Assembly: GCA_964530555.1 (NCBI GenBank)
Contig: CAZHBD010000001.1
Coordinates: forward strand, 1,835 to 65,834
Source: an uncultured Candidatus Saccharibacteria bacterium
Lineage (GTDB): Bacteria; Patescibacteriota; Saccharimonadia; Saccharimonadales; AWTP1-31
Length of the DNA: 64,000 nucleotides
Direction: 5' to 3'
A program made the translations under genes and the position numbers. The notes below the pieces were generated by a model. The model made no database searches and was not told the origin of the DNA. It saw nothing but the letters and a program-made list of their open reading frames with translations. Below are positions 36,788 to 44,980 of the stretch, one piece after another (within the stretch, counting starts at the first letter, position 1; every line of letters starts with the position of its first letter).

Positions 36788-38323
36788 TTGAACCAGGCAA
36801 CTGCCGAGATTTTGAATCACGCTGAGTCATCGGCAGTCGCCGCCGCGCCGGACTTGCGACTAGTTCCTAATGAGCCCCGGCGTTTCTTGCTGCTTGATTC
36901 TGTACCGGAAATAGCCCAGGCAGCCGAACGGGCAGAGGTGCAAGCCCGGCAAACGATCGACGATAATATGCAGCTGTTGCGTGACGGCCGTTTCGATGAA
37001 GTCTTACCGGTAATTGACGCGCTTGGTACGGGCAAGCGCGTCACCGAAGTACAGAGCAGCCCTGAGCGTTTTTTGCGGCATAGGGCACTTGAGGAAGATT
37101 GTCGACGATTGTTCGGTGAGGCCAAGCGCAAGTTACGGCCCGAGCTTTTCCCAAAGACTGAGCAACAGTATGACCAGCGAACAGAAGATTTTTACTTCGG
37201 AAGCCTATCTATTGGGGACATGATTCAGCGCAGTCTAACAGCAGTCGCCGAAAAACCGCAACAAGAAGTAAGAATTATTGAGGCTCGAGAACATGCTCGC
37301 TCGCGGGCAATTGGTCGCATGATTATGCCCCGCGAGGTCGAGATTCAGCCTGTCGAAAATGAAGCCCATGCTATTACTGTTTCGCAGTGCCCCGACTATG
37401 TCATTGATCATTTTAAAGATAAACCCGATTCAAATAAGTATGCGGGTTACGTACCTAAAATTGCTAAATGGGTGATACGCGATCTGTCCTTTGACCGCAC
37501 AAATTTGCGAGCTTTTCAGGAGCAAGCGGCAATCTCAGGCGAATACATTACTAACGAAGTTATTAATGAAGCGTTTCAAGTTATGGGGCTGACCCGGTCT
37601 GGTGAGCATTACTCCAAGAGTGAGATTCAAGATATGCAGTTTGGCGTGGAGGGTGCTTTTGACGTGCTGGAATTCGTGGAGCTGTGCGATATGTTGGCAA
37701 GCCAAAAAACTGGCCTAAATATCTTCCTGGGTGAAGTGGTCGGTGCGGATGATCCGAAAGATTACACGCAGTTTCGCGCTGAGGCGCAACAACGTTACGA
37801 GGCTACAAACGAACAGGCTGAAGAGCTTGCCGATTACATTATGGATCTGGTGGAGCGGGGTGTAGACTCCTGGGCGGCCGACAAACTGGTAGAAGACAAA
37901 GTTAAACAAATGCTGCTTGACGAGGTGCGACAGAACCCTGATCTGGCGTTAGAAATGTTTGACGAAGCAACGTGGCGGGGTATCCATGAAGTGCACGCCC
38001 TTGAAGCGCGTGGCGACTGTAAAGCAGCTGAAGCACGTTGGGCTGAAGTGCTCAAAAACGCGCCAACTCCCGGGTTTTGTGGAGCGGGTAGTTGTGGGCT
38101 TGAGAGCGTTGCGTCGAGTAGTGCAGAAGGTCGAAGAGCTATCGCTCTAGGACTGGATGCCATTAGCCCTGATGAACTCATTCATGATACCGAGCGGGCG
38201 TGCCCGAGTTGTAGTGAATTTAAGGTCTACTATGACAAGAATGGGAGTAAGGCTTGTACAGGGTGTGGCAAAACTGAAATAAAACTCGGATATAGCAAAA
38301 GTAAAGAGACTTCAGATGAGTAA
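36788..38323 (+). CDS. Hypothetical 511-aa soluble protein with a C-terminal zinc ribbon
   Basis: TTG start 7 nt after GAGGG. No TM segment or signal peptide by eye. The C-terminus has FCGAGSCG and CPSC-x14-CTGC. No family recognised. Confidence 0.75.
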   Translation: MNQATAEILNHAESSAVAAAPDLRLVPNEPRRFLLLDSVPEIAQAAERAEVQARQTIDDNMQLLRDGRFDEVLPVIDALGTGKRVTEVQSSPERFLRHRALEEDCRRLFGEAKRKLRPELFPKTEQQYDQRTEDFYFGSLSIGDMIQRSLTAVAEKPQQEVRIIEAREHARSRAIGRMIMPREVEIQPVENEAHAITVSQCPDYVIDHFKDKPDSNKYAGYVPKIAKWVIRDLSFDRTNLRAFQEQAAISGEYITNEVINEAFQVMGLTRSGEHYSKSEIQDMQFGVEGAFDVLEFVELCDMLASQKTGLNIFLGEVVGADDPKDYTQFRAEAQQRYEATNEQAEELADYIMDLVERGVDSWAADKLVEDKVKQMLLDEVRQNPDLALEMFDEATWRGIHEVHALEARGDCKAAEARWAEVLKNAPTPGFCGAGSCGLESVASSSAEGRRAIALGLDAISPDELIHDTERACPSCSEFKVYYDKNGSKACTGCGKTEIKLGYSKSKETSDE

Positions 38324-38519
38324 CCTTACAATTGAACAGTATGAACACAAAAAAGCCGCCTGTAACGGCCTGTGTGACATCGATCATAACCGAATTGCCG
38401 ATAATGATCCGTCAAGGATGCCGTGTGTTACCTGTCCTTTTTGCAAAGAAGTGGTTGATGCTATTCTGACGCCCACAACCATCAGTTGCCCCAAGTGTGA
38501 AGTTACGGTAACGCGGTAG
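38316..38519 (+). CDS. Small zinc-ribbon protein (67 aa)
   Basis: CVTCPFC-x17-CPKC. The ATG overlaps the upstream stop by 8 nt. Confidence 0.6.
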   Translation: MSNLTIEQYEHKKAACNGLCDIDHNRIADNDPSRMPCVTCPFCKEVVDAILTPTTISCPKCEVTVTR

Positions 38520-38528
38520 AATATAACT

Positions 38529-38696
38529 ATGGACACCGAAGACGAGATTTACCAGGAGCTTGTAGATAACCGATCACCAGAGTTCTTTTGCGACAATTGT
38601 GGACATTATCCTATCGAACCAGTGCACGGGCATTTTGTTTGCCCCAATTGCCATATACCCACCAAGTGCTGTGAAGGCATGGCTCTAGATGAATAA
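38529..38696 (+). CDS. Small zinc-ribbon protein (55 aa, below the track cutoff)
   Basis: My translation is MDTEDEIYQELVDNRSPEFFCDNCGHYPIEPVHGHFVCPNCHIPTKCCEGMALDE. The stop overlaps the nadD start by 8 nt. Confidence 0.5.
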   Translation: MDTEDEIYQELVDNRSPEFFCDNCGHYPIEPVHGHFVCPNCHIPTKCCEGMALDE

Positions 38697-39306
38697 ACCG
38701 CAGACTAGACGAATTGGGATTTTTGCGGGTAGTTTTGACCCGATTCACAAGGGCCATATAGGATTTGCGCTTTCAGCCTTAGAAGTGGCTGATCTCGATG
38801 AGATCTATCTAGTGCCTGAAGCACGACCCCGCCATAAGCCCGGGGTCACCCATATAGGTCATCGTACGGCTATGCTCAAACTCGCTGTACGCCCCTATCG
38901 CCATATCCATGTGCTAGAGCTGCCCGATAAACGGTTTTCGGTAACAGCTACGTTGCCAAGATTACAGACGAAATTTCCAGATGCCGAACTGTTACTGCTC
39001 ATTGGTTCTGATGTACTGATGCATCTTGCCCAATGGCCGCGGGTTGATGAGTTGCTGAACAAGATGGGTCTGATTGTATCAGTACGATCTGGGGCAGAAA
39101 TTACCGCCGCAATGGACGTTGCTACCAACTTGCCCAGAGTGCTGAAAGAGCTCTATATCTTGGAAAGCTTAGAGCCCAGTGTTTCGTCTCGGCAGATCCG
39201 AAGTGTTCTAAGGAGAGGGCACAAAACCAAAGACGTAGTGGGCAGCGTGCAAAAATATGCCGACAAGCATTGGCTCTATGCTTCGGTATCTGACTCGACG
39301 GCGTAG
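38689..39306 (+). CDS. nadD: Nicotinate-nucleotide adenylyltransferase
   Basis: IFAGSFDPIHKGH (HxGH nucleotidyltransferase motif) and VSSRQIR (ISSTxxR-type motif); 205 aa. Confidence 0.85.
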   Translation: MNKPQTRRIGIFAGSFDPIHKGHIGFALSALEVADLDEIYLVPEARPRHKPGVTHIGHRTAMLKLAVRPYRHIHVLELPDKRFSVTATLPRLQTKFPDAELLLLIGSDVLMHLAQWPRVDELLNKMGLIVSVRSGAEITAAMDVATNLPRVLKELYILESLEPSVSSRQIRSVLRRGHKTKDVVGSVQKYADKHWLYASVSDSTA

Positions 39307-40973
39307 TGTGTATGCAGATATTCGAGGTGTTTTTCGCGAAAACGTTTGAACTCACTCTTTTTGAGCCCACTTTTGCGAATGATTGCCCCAATTTTTTCAC
39401 TGCCGATGTAGTGCGGCATCATCACGTAACTGGCGCCCAGCTCGTATAACTCATCTGCTTCAGCGACATTCTCAGCGTGACAAATGATCACCATGTTTGG
39501 ATTTTGTTGTAGCAAGACGCCCACCAGAAACTTGCTCGTCTCAAAGTCGGTGATGGTTGAGACGCTCAAACGCACCTTTTCTAAACCTATTTCGTCTAGG
39601 AGTTCAATGTCGCTAATATCACCATACACGTAATTAACCTTTTGGTGCTCCAATATATCGATAACTTCGGGGTCATAATCTATAACTACAAAGTTTTTGT
39701 CTAAATTTTTAAAGACTTTCATGAATTCGTGACCGCCCTTGCGATAGCCAAACAGAGCAAGTTCGGTGCGATGACGTCGTTCTTGGTCTGGACGATTCAC
39801 CTTACGTTCGAAGATACCCAGCAGTTCTTCAAAAGTATTGAATAAACTGTCGGAGTACACGATAAGATATGCAGAAATGGTGATGGAGACAAGAGCTACA
39901 ATGGTCATGGTGTTGAGGAGATCGTTGGGCACGAGTTCGAGCTTGTTGGCTAAGATTAAGAAGACCAATGAGAATTCGCTAACTTGTGCTGTTGCCAATG
40001 CCGCCTTGAAGCTGGTGCGCTTGGTATAACCCAAGCCTCCCATTATGGCCATAACCAAGAACGGCTTGAGGATGACGACAATGAAGGTACTCATTATTAC
40101 CAGTGGCAAAACCTGCCAGGCATTGCCGAGAGCCAGTCGCGAACCAAGGGTGATGAAAAAAACGATTATAAAAAAGTCGCGTAACGGTCGCAGGCGGGAA
40201 CTGATCTCTTGAGTGTAGGGAAGCGCAGCAAGTGACATGCCAGCTAACAGTGCGCCAACTTCCAGACTAAACCCAGCTCGCTCAAACAAGGCGGCAAAGC
40301 CGAAGCCCCAACCTATGGAGAATAGAAACAAAAACTCCTGACTACCAGCAATGAGTTTATGTAGTTTGGGTAGTATGACGCTGCCAATAAGCAGGAGAGG
40401 TATTGTTATCGCTGCCCCTTTCAGCATGAGCGATCCTATCCCCATGGCAGTAAGCCCGTCATGGGCCTTGGCGGTGATAAAGAACAATGCAACTGCGGCA
40501 ATAAGGTCTTGAACGATCAGCACACCAGTGAGCACCTTGCCATACAAACGCGACTGCTCTTTTTTGTCGGTTAACAATTTAAGGATTACAATTGTGCTAC
40601 TAAACGCAAGACCAAGACCCAAAAAAGCTGCGCTCAAACGGTTGAGCCCCAACACTATACCCGAGATATACCCCAGGAGGGTAGTTCCGGCTACTTGTAG
40701 GATACCAACGCTGCCAGACACCTTGCCAACCTCGCGAATCACCTGTGGGTTAAGCCCAAGCCCCACGATAAAAAGCAATAGTGCGATGCCAATGCTAGAG
40801 AAGACGTCAATAGTCTCAGGGCTGCGAATAACGTGTAGCACTGAAGGGCCGACAATGAGCCCGGTCAGAATATGGCCAATTATCAGCGGCTGCCGCAACA
40901 GTCTCATTACCAACGCCATGGTTGCGCCCAGCGCGATGATCAGGCTGAACTCGGCAAAAACACTTTCGTGCAT
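39276..40973 (-). CDS. CPA2-family monovalent cation:proton antiporter with a C-terminal RCK/TrkA-N domain
   Basis: ~12 TM Na+/H+-exchanger-type N-terminal region, then a Rossmann-like LALFGYRKGGHEF...VVIDYDPE...YGD segment. Confidence 0.85.
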   Translation of the reverse strand: MHESVFAEFSLIIALGATMALVMRLLRQPLIIGHILTGLIVGPSVLHVIRSPETIDVFSSIGIALLLFIVGLGLNPQVIREVGKVSGSVGILQVAGTTLLGYISGIVLGLNRLSAAFLGLGLAFSSTIVILKLLTDKKEQSRLYGKVLTGVLIVQDLIAAVALFFITAKAHDGLTAMGIGSLMLKGAAITIPLLLIGSVILPKLHKLIAGSQEFLFLFSIGWGFGFAALFERAGFSLEVGALLAGMSLAALPYTQEISSRLRPLRDFFIIVFFITLGSRLALGNAWQVLPLVIMSTFIVVILKPFLVMAIMGGLGYTKRTSFKAALATAQVSEFSLVFLILANKLELVPNDLLNTMTIVALVSITISAYLIVYSDSLFNTFEELLGIFERKVNRPDQERRHRTELALFGYRKGGHEFMKVFKNLDKNFVVIDYDPEVIDILEHQKVNYVYGDISDIELLDEIGLEKVRLSVSTITDFETSKFLVGVLLQQNPNMVIICHAENVAEADELYELGASYVMMPHYIGSEKIGAIIRKSGLKKSEFKRFREKHLEYLHTHYAVESDTEA

Positions 40974-40976
40974 CGG

Positions 40977-41219
40977 TTAGCTTTTTTTATTAATGCCCAT
41001 GCCTAGTAGCACGGCTGCCACAAACATCAGGGCTGCGCCAAAGCCGATGAGCAACAGTTCGATATTGCCCTCTTGTAAGTTGCCGAGGAGGACGATGCAG
41101 GTGCCAGCAAACAAAATGGCTGCTGCTCCGCCAATACTGCTATTCTGCAAACTGCTTGCTGTGCCCCGCTTATTTCGAAGTTTACTCGTTGCTTTGCTTT
41201 TGGTTACTTTCTTTGCCAC
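40977..41219 (-). CDS. Small 2-TM membrane protein, unknown function
   Basis: 80 aa, GTG start, basic N-terminus then two hydrophobic helices. Ends 3 nt upstream of the antiporter start. Confidence 0.55.
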   Translation of the reverse strand: MAKKVTKSKATSKLRNKRGTASSLQNSSIGGAAAILFAGTCIVLLGNLQEGNIELLLIGFGAALMFVAAVLLGMGINKKS

Positions 41220-41255
41220 CGTTGACCTTTCATTTTTGTTACATGCTTTTGCTCA

Positions 41256-41264
41256 ATTATAGCA
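41256..41264 (-). promoter_or_regulatory. Candidate extended -10 promoter (TGcTATAAT on minus strand) for the small-membrane-protein/antiporter unit
   Basis: The minus strand reads CTTATGCTATAATTGAGC, ~35 nt upstream of GTG at 41219. Confidence 0.5.
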
Positions 41265-41282
41265 TAAGCATTGAGAACGTAC

Positions 41283-41312
41283 TTGACAGAACCAAACTGC
41301 TTGTGGCAAAAT
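41283..41312 (+). promoter_or_regulatory. Candidate sigma70-type promoter (TTGACA-N18-TGgCAAAAT)
   Basis: Perfect -35 TTGACA at 41283-41288. TG at 41304-41305 and -10 CAAAAT at 41307-41312. Confidence 0.45.
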
Positions 41313-41429
41313 GCTTCTATTCTTTGCAAAGCGTGTTTATCGTTTTGTCAGGAAAAACAAAAATAACATTAAAAAAACAGTCAGATTTGTGAGATGGTTT
41401 GTCTGTTTTTGTTCGTTCGGGAGGGTTTT

Positions 41430-41519
41430 ATGTCCATCAAAATAAAAACTATATCAAAGGGGTATAAAGTGGAAGTAAAGGTCAAGCGCCCAAAGTGGCA
41501 GCAATACTTGCAGTACTAG
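41430..41519 (+). CDS. Candidate 29-aa lysine-rich small protein
   Basis: GGGAGGG lies 5 nt upstream of the ATG. Product: MSIKIKTISKGYKVEVKVKRPKWQQYLQY. Followed by an intrinsic terminator. Not in the track because of its size. Confidence 0.4.
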   Translation: MSIKIKTISKGYKVEVKVKRPKWQQYLQY

Positions 41520-41549
41520 AAGACCGTTGTTCACAGATACGTACCTTAT

Positions 41550-41575
41550 GAGGCCCAGTTGGGCCTCGTTTTTGT
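41550..41575 (+). terminator. Rho-independent terminator
   Basis: GAGGCCC-AGTT-GGGCCTC stem-loop followed by GTTTTTGTT. Confidence 0.7.
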
Positions 41576-41613
41576 TAGTTGCAAATTGCTTTGTTCAGGA
41601 GTAAAACAGAGCT

Positions 41614-42129
41614 ATGACAACGATATTTGAAGGTGGTGATGGAGCCCTTATTCAGGCTGCTAAAGCGTCGCCGGTAGTTGCACTTGATCAAACTGGGTCT
41701 GTCACTGGCGCTGCATTAAGTAGGGCAATGCCAGACCTCTCCGAGCCAGTTAATCCCCATATGGGTCATCCTGAACTTGAGTTTGCCTCTGACATTAATT
41801 CAGCAGTAAATTCGATGCGCCAAACTATCTATGATCAAGATTGTAGACTCAGACGCAAATCAGAGCTTGTAGCCCAGATGTATTTTGGGCCTAAAATGAC
41901 ACGACTCTTTTTTATAGAGCGTGCGGCAATTGGTATCGTATTCGAGGAATTAGGCTTAACGGATCGTTATTATGCCGCAACCGGAAAAAGTACAACCGAC
42001 GGTGGTTTAGGTAGCTGGAAACTGCAACTCCCTAGAATTGACTGCCCAGGTCTATTCACTGTCCATTACGCTCATGCGCCAGCAAACACCCGAGGACGCC
42101 TGCAGTACTTCTATGCCGGACGGCAGTAG
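41614..42129 (+). CDS. Hypothetical protein (171 aa)
   Basis: ORF with coding-like composition. No recognisable motif. Confidence 0.6.
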   Translation: MTTIFEGGDGALIQAAKASPVVALDQTGSVTGAALSRAMPDLSEPVNPHMGHPELEFASDINSAVNSMRQTIYDQDCRLRRKSELVAQMYFGPKMTRLFFIERAAIGIVFEELGLTDRYYAATGKSTTDGGLGSWKLQLPRIDCPGLFTVHYAHAPANTRGRLQYFYAGRQ

Positions 42130-42156
42130 CATTTGTTATTGATTTTACGATAAATA

Positions 42157-42165
42157 TGACATAAT
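42157..42165 (+). promoter_or_regulatory. Candidate extended -10 (TGaCATAAT) 8 nt upstream of ATG 42174
   Basis: TGACATAAT at 42157-42165, then ttactgct, then ATG. Confidence 0.4.
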
Positions 42166-42173
42166 TTACTGCT

Positions 42174-42689
42174 ATGTCTGTTTTTGGAGCCGAGTCTACC
42201 CCTAAATTATGTGATAGCTGTAGTGGCCTCTGTTGCCGAGCTGGTACTCGTATTGTGTTATCTGCTGAAGAAGCATCATTTTTACAGCGCGGTGGCACAA
42301 AACTCCGTGGTGCACTCTTGTTTTTCATCGATCCAAGCATGACCGACGATGGAGCTGCTTTTGCGGAACCCGCAAAGTATGAACTCCTGCATGATCAAGT
42401 TCGGCGTGAAGTCTGTGCCGATCGTACAGCTTTTAACCGGAGCGAAACGTTGCGTCAAGTGGCAGAGCTTGTGTTGGCGCAAAAGCCTGGGCGGCAACAA
42501 TATGTAATCGAGTCTGACTGTGGTTATCTTGATACGTCGGTAAACCCACCGAAGTGCACGGTGTATACAGACGCAGAACGGCCTCAAGTGTGTAGTGGAT
42601 TCATGCCGGGTAATCCGCATTGCCTAAATATGCGTGAGGCCGAAGGCCTTGCTGTATCTGTTGAGCTAACTCAAAAACCACATAACTAA
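42174..42689 (+). CDS. YkgJ/UPF0153-type cysteine-cluster protein (CxxCxxCC)
   Basis: N-terminal CDSCSGLCCRAG motif plus distal Cys residues (CGY..., CTVY..., VCSGF). Confidence 0.6.
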   Translation: MSVFGAESTPKLCDSCSGLCCRAGTRIVLSAEEASFLQRGGTKLRGALLFFIDPSMTDDGAAFAEPAKYELLHDQVRREVCADRTAFNRSETLRQVAELVLAQKPGRQQYVIESDCGYLDTSVNPPKCTVYTDAERPQVCSGFMPGNPHCLNMREAEGLAVSVELTQKPHN

Positions 42690-42755
42690 GCAACAAACTA
42701 GCTTGGCAATAAGCTATAGACAAAAAATAGTAAAAGTGTTAATATATATCACCTT

Positions 42756-44315
42756 ATGGAAGCCGTTTACGCTTTTCAGGATAAAATTCACGAACTTGCC
42801 CAGATTAAAGATTACGTGGGAGTTTCTTCACGTACCGATGTTTTAGAGTGCCCCGAAACTGCAGCTGTGCTACATGAGATGGAGACGCTAGTCACTGAAT
42901 CTCCTGAAATTGTTGACTTTTACGCTGGCGCTATCAAAAGATATAGAGAAGGTGACGCTGAAAGCATAGCCTCCGAGCTAGCGATCATCAAAGACCGTGT
43001 GGAATTAATGGCTAGTGATGACCTGTTCACGAAATCACAAGAAGCAAAACTAAAAACCAAGATTTCATCTGGTGAGATAGTTAAGGAAGAAGCAGAGCTA
43101 TTCTTTTCTATGTTTAAACGAGTCATCCCGAAGCAGCAACTACCAGGCGCTTCTGCTAGGCCAACTCTACGATCAACAGCAAAACGCCGTGGCCCTAACC
43201 AGGCACGTACTTTGGATCTGACTATTGAGCCGCACGGCGGAATTCGTATTAATGGCAAGTTTTTACGTGCTCTGTCTCCTGCGCAAAAGGTAATCATCTT
43301 GAGTGGGCTGGCTAAGGGAGAGGGCTTTCGCAACAATGAAATTTATCGTTCTGAAGAATTTGCAAGGGCTGCAGATATGCGTGAAGCTGACGAATCAGAG
43401 TTGCGGGCAACGTATGACGAAGTATTCAAAAGTCTTGTTTTGTATCTGAAAGAAAGCCGCTTTGGGCGTTTGGTAGATGCTAAACGAAAACCAGGTGAAA
43501 AAAAGCACATTATCTCGGCAGATAGCATTACCGATTTGCGCTCTAGCAGTGAGCCAGCCAAGCCCGCCAAAATAGTAACGCCCACCGAACTGGTTCAGGC
43601 TACTCAGCCCGGCCGCTTCTACGAAAATTCTAAAGACGACGAAAACCCCACACTTGCAGATGCCGAGAAGGCAACCGATAATGGTTTTAGTGAAGATCTT
43701 CTGCAAGATGCGCATACATGCTTACGCAACATGGTTGCCGAACATGGCGGAGTTAAACGTCGCCAAGCAGTAGACCATTTAAGTGGTAAGTTTGGTCTGG
43801 ATGTTGATCGAGCACGGGCTTTGGTTACGGCAGTATACAAGCTTGAGCAGGAAGATGAAGCTTCGCAGTTCCGCCAAGTAAAAGAAGGTGGCGCAAAATG
43901 GTTTAAGCCATATCGTGCATCTGATCACGAACCATTAGATGAAACGCCCAAGCTATTTGGTGATTATTTCGACGGTAGTCTTGATGAGCTGCGAGCACGG
44001 TATGGGAATGTGACGGGGTTGTTGCCTGAATATGTCAATTTTGAACGTGGCATCATCCAACTAACAGGAAACGAGCGAGTATTGCTCCAATTCTTCATGG
44101 ACAATGGTATACGCAAGGCAATCTCCGAAAAAGCAGTTATTAGTGAACTAAAACAGCAGGGCATAGAAATAACCAAAGAGCAGATCCGAGAGTCGGTCCG
44201 AGTTGTTAATGCATTGTATGGCAGAGACTTCATGCTGAGCCTTGGACCGGCCAGACGACAGGGTGCAGCCAAAGGCCTACGGGTTCAGCGCATTGGCTCA
44301 TTTATTGGCGAATAA
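42756..44315 (+). CDS. Hypothetical protein (519 aa)
   Basis: Long ORF, charged, no TM segment. No recognisable motif. Confidence 0.7.
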   Translation: MEAVYAFQDKIHELAQIKDYVGVSSRTDVLECPETAAVLHEMETLVTESPEIVDFYAGAIKRYREGDAESIASELAIIKDRVELMASDDLFTKSQEAKLKTKISSGEIVKEEAELFFSMFKRVIPKQQLPGASARPTLRSTAKRRGPNQARTLDLTIEPHGGIRINGKFLRALSPAQKVIILSGLAKGEGFRNNEIYRSEEFARAADMREADESELRATYDEVFKSLVLYLKESRFGRLVDAKRKPGEKKHIISADSITDLRSSSEPAKPAKIVTPTELVQATQPGRFYENSKDDENPTLADAEKATDNGFSEDLLQDAHTCLRNMVAEHGGVKRRQAVDHLSGKFGLDVDRARALVTAVYKLEQEDEASQFRQVKEGGAKWFKPYRASDHEPLDETPKLFGDYFDGSLDELRARYGNVTGLLPEYVNFERGIIQLTGNERVLLQFFMDNGIRKAISEKAVISELKQQGIEITKEQIRESVRVVNALYGRDFMLSLGPARRQGAAKGLRVQRIGSFIGE

Positions 44316-44323
44316 AGAATAGG

Positions 44324-44980
44324 TTATTTCTTCGACTGGGCGTCTTTGATGGCTTGGTCGATGAGCTTGCTAAAACCGTCAAGATCACGCGGAGAGTCCT
44401 CAATCTTTTTGCCCTGCAAGAAAAAGGTTGGTGTAGAGTTCACTTCTAGTCGTTGGCCCTCGGCAACATCCGCGTTGATTATATCGTTGACCTCGCTGCT
44501 CTGGTAATCTTGCTTAAACTTCTCAAGATCTAGGTTGAGCTGTACTGCGTAGCCTTCAAACGTCTTGGTTGGGTCACTAGTGCTCTCCCAGGTCTTTTGG
44601 CCTTCATACAATAGATCGTGCATCTCCCAGAATTTGCCCTGCTTGTCAGCGGCTTCTGCGGCCCGAGCGCCGGCCCGAGCGTTTTGGTGGATTTGCTGTA
44701 ATGGGAAGTTTCGGAACTGGAACTGAATGTCATTTTTGTACTTTTCGACCACTTGCTTCACAACCGGGTAGTAAGCGCCACAGGCGGGACATTGATAATC
44801 GCCGTATTCAACAAGTGTTACTTTTTTGGTGTTTGCACCTTCGACATGATTACTGAGCTTTGAACTCTTGCTTGAACCATTATTGCTTGTTGATGGGCTC
44901 GACGTATCGCGTGTAAACCAAAAGATACCACCTAGTGCGATAATGATCGCTGCCAAAACTGCTACAAACTGTTTGCTCAT
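44324..44980 (-). CDS. DsbA-family thiol:disulfide oxidoreductase, membrane-anchored
   Basis: YGDYQCPACGAYYP thioredoxin CxxC site and an N-terminal TM (FVAVLAAIIIALGGIFWF). Start set at MSKQF (44980), preceded by AAGGGAG. Confidence 0.75.
   Translation of the reverse strand: MSKQFVAVLAAIIIALGGIFWFTRDTSSPSTSNNGSSKSSKLSNHVEGANTKKVTLVEYGDYQCPACGAYYPVVKQVVEKYKNDIQFQFRNFPLQQIHQNARAGARAAEAADKQGKFWEMHDLLYEGQKTWESTSDPTKTFEGYAVQLNLDLEKFKQDYQSSEVNDIINADVAEGQRLEVNSTPTFFLQGKKIEDSPRDLDGFSKLIDQAIKDAQSKK

Noticed and set aside
41430-41519. SRP (4.5S) RNA-like motif (AAGGTCAAGCGCCCAAAGTGGCAGCAA) within the sORF region.
   Set aside because: The putative helix-8 strands do not pair (GCGCC versus GUGGC). The loop CAAA is not a GNRA tetraloop. 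The conserved GGAA/AGCA symmetric-loop context is absent.
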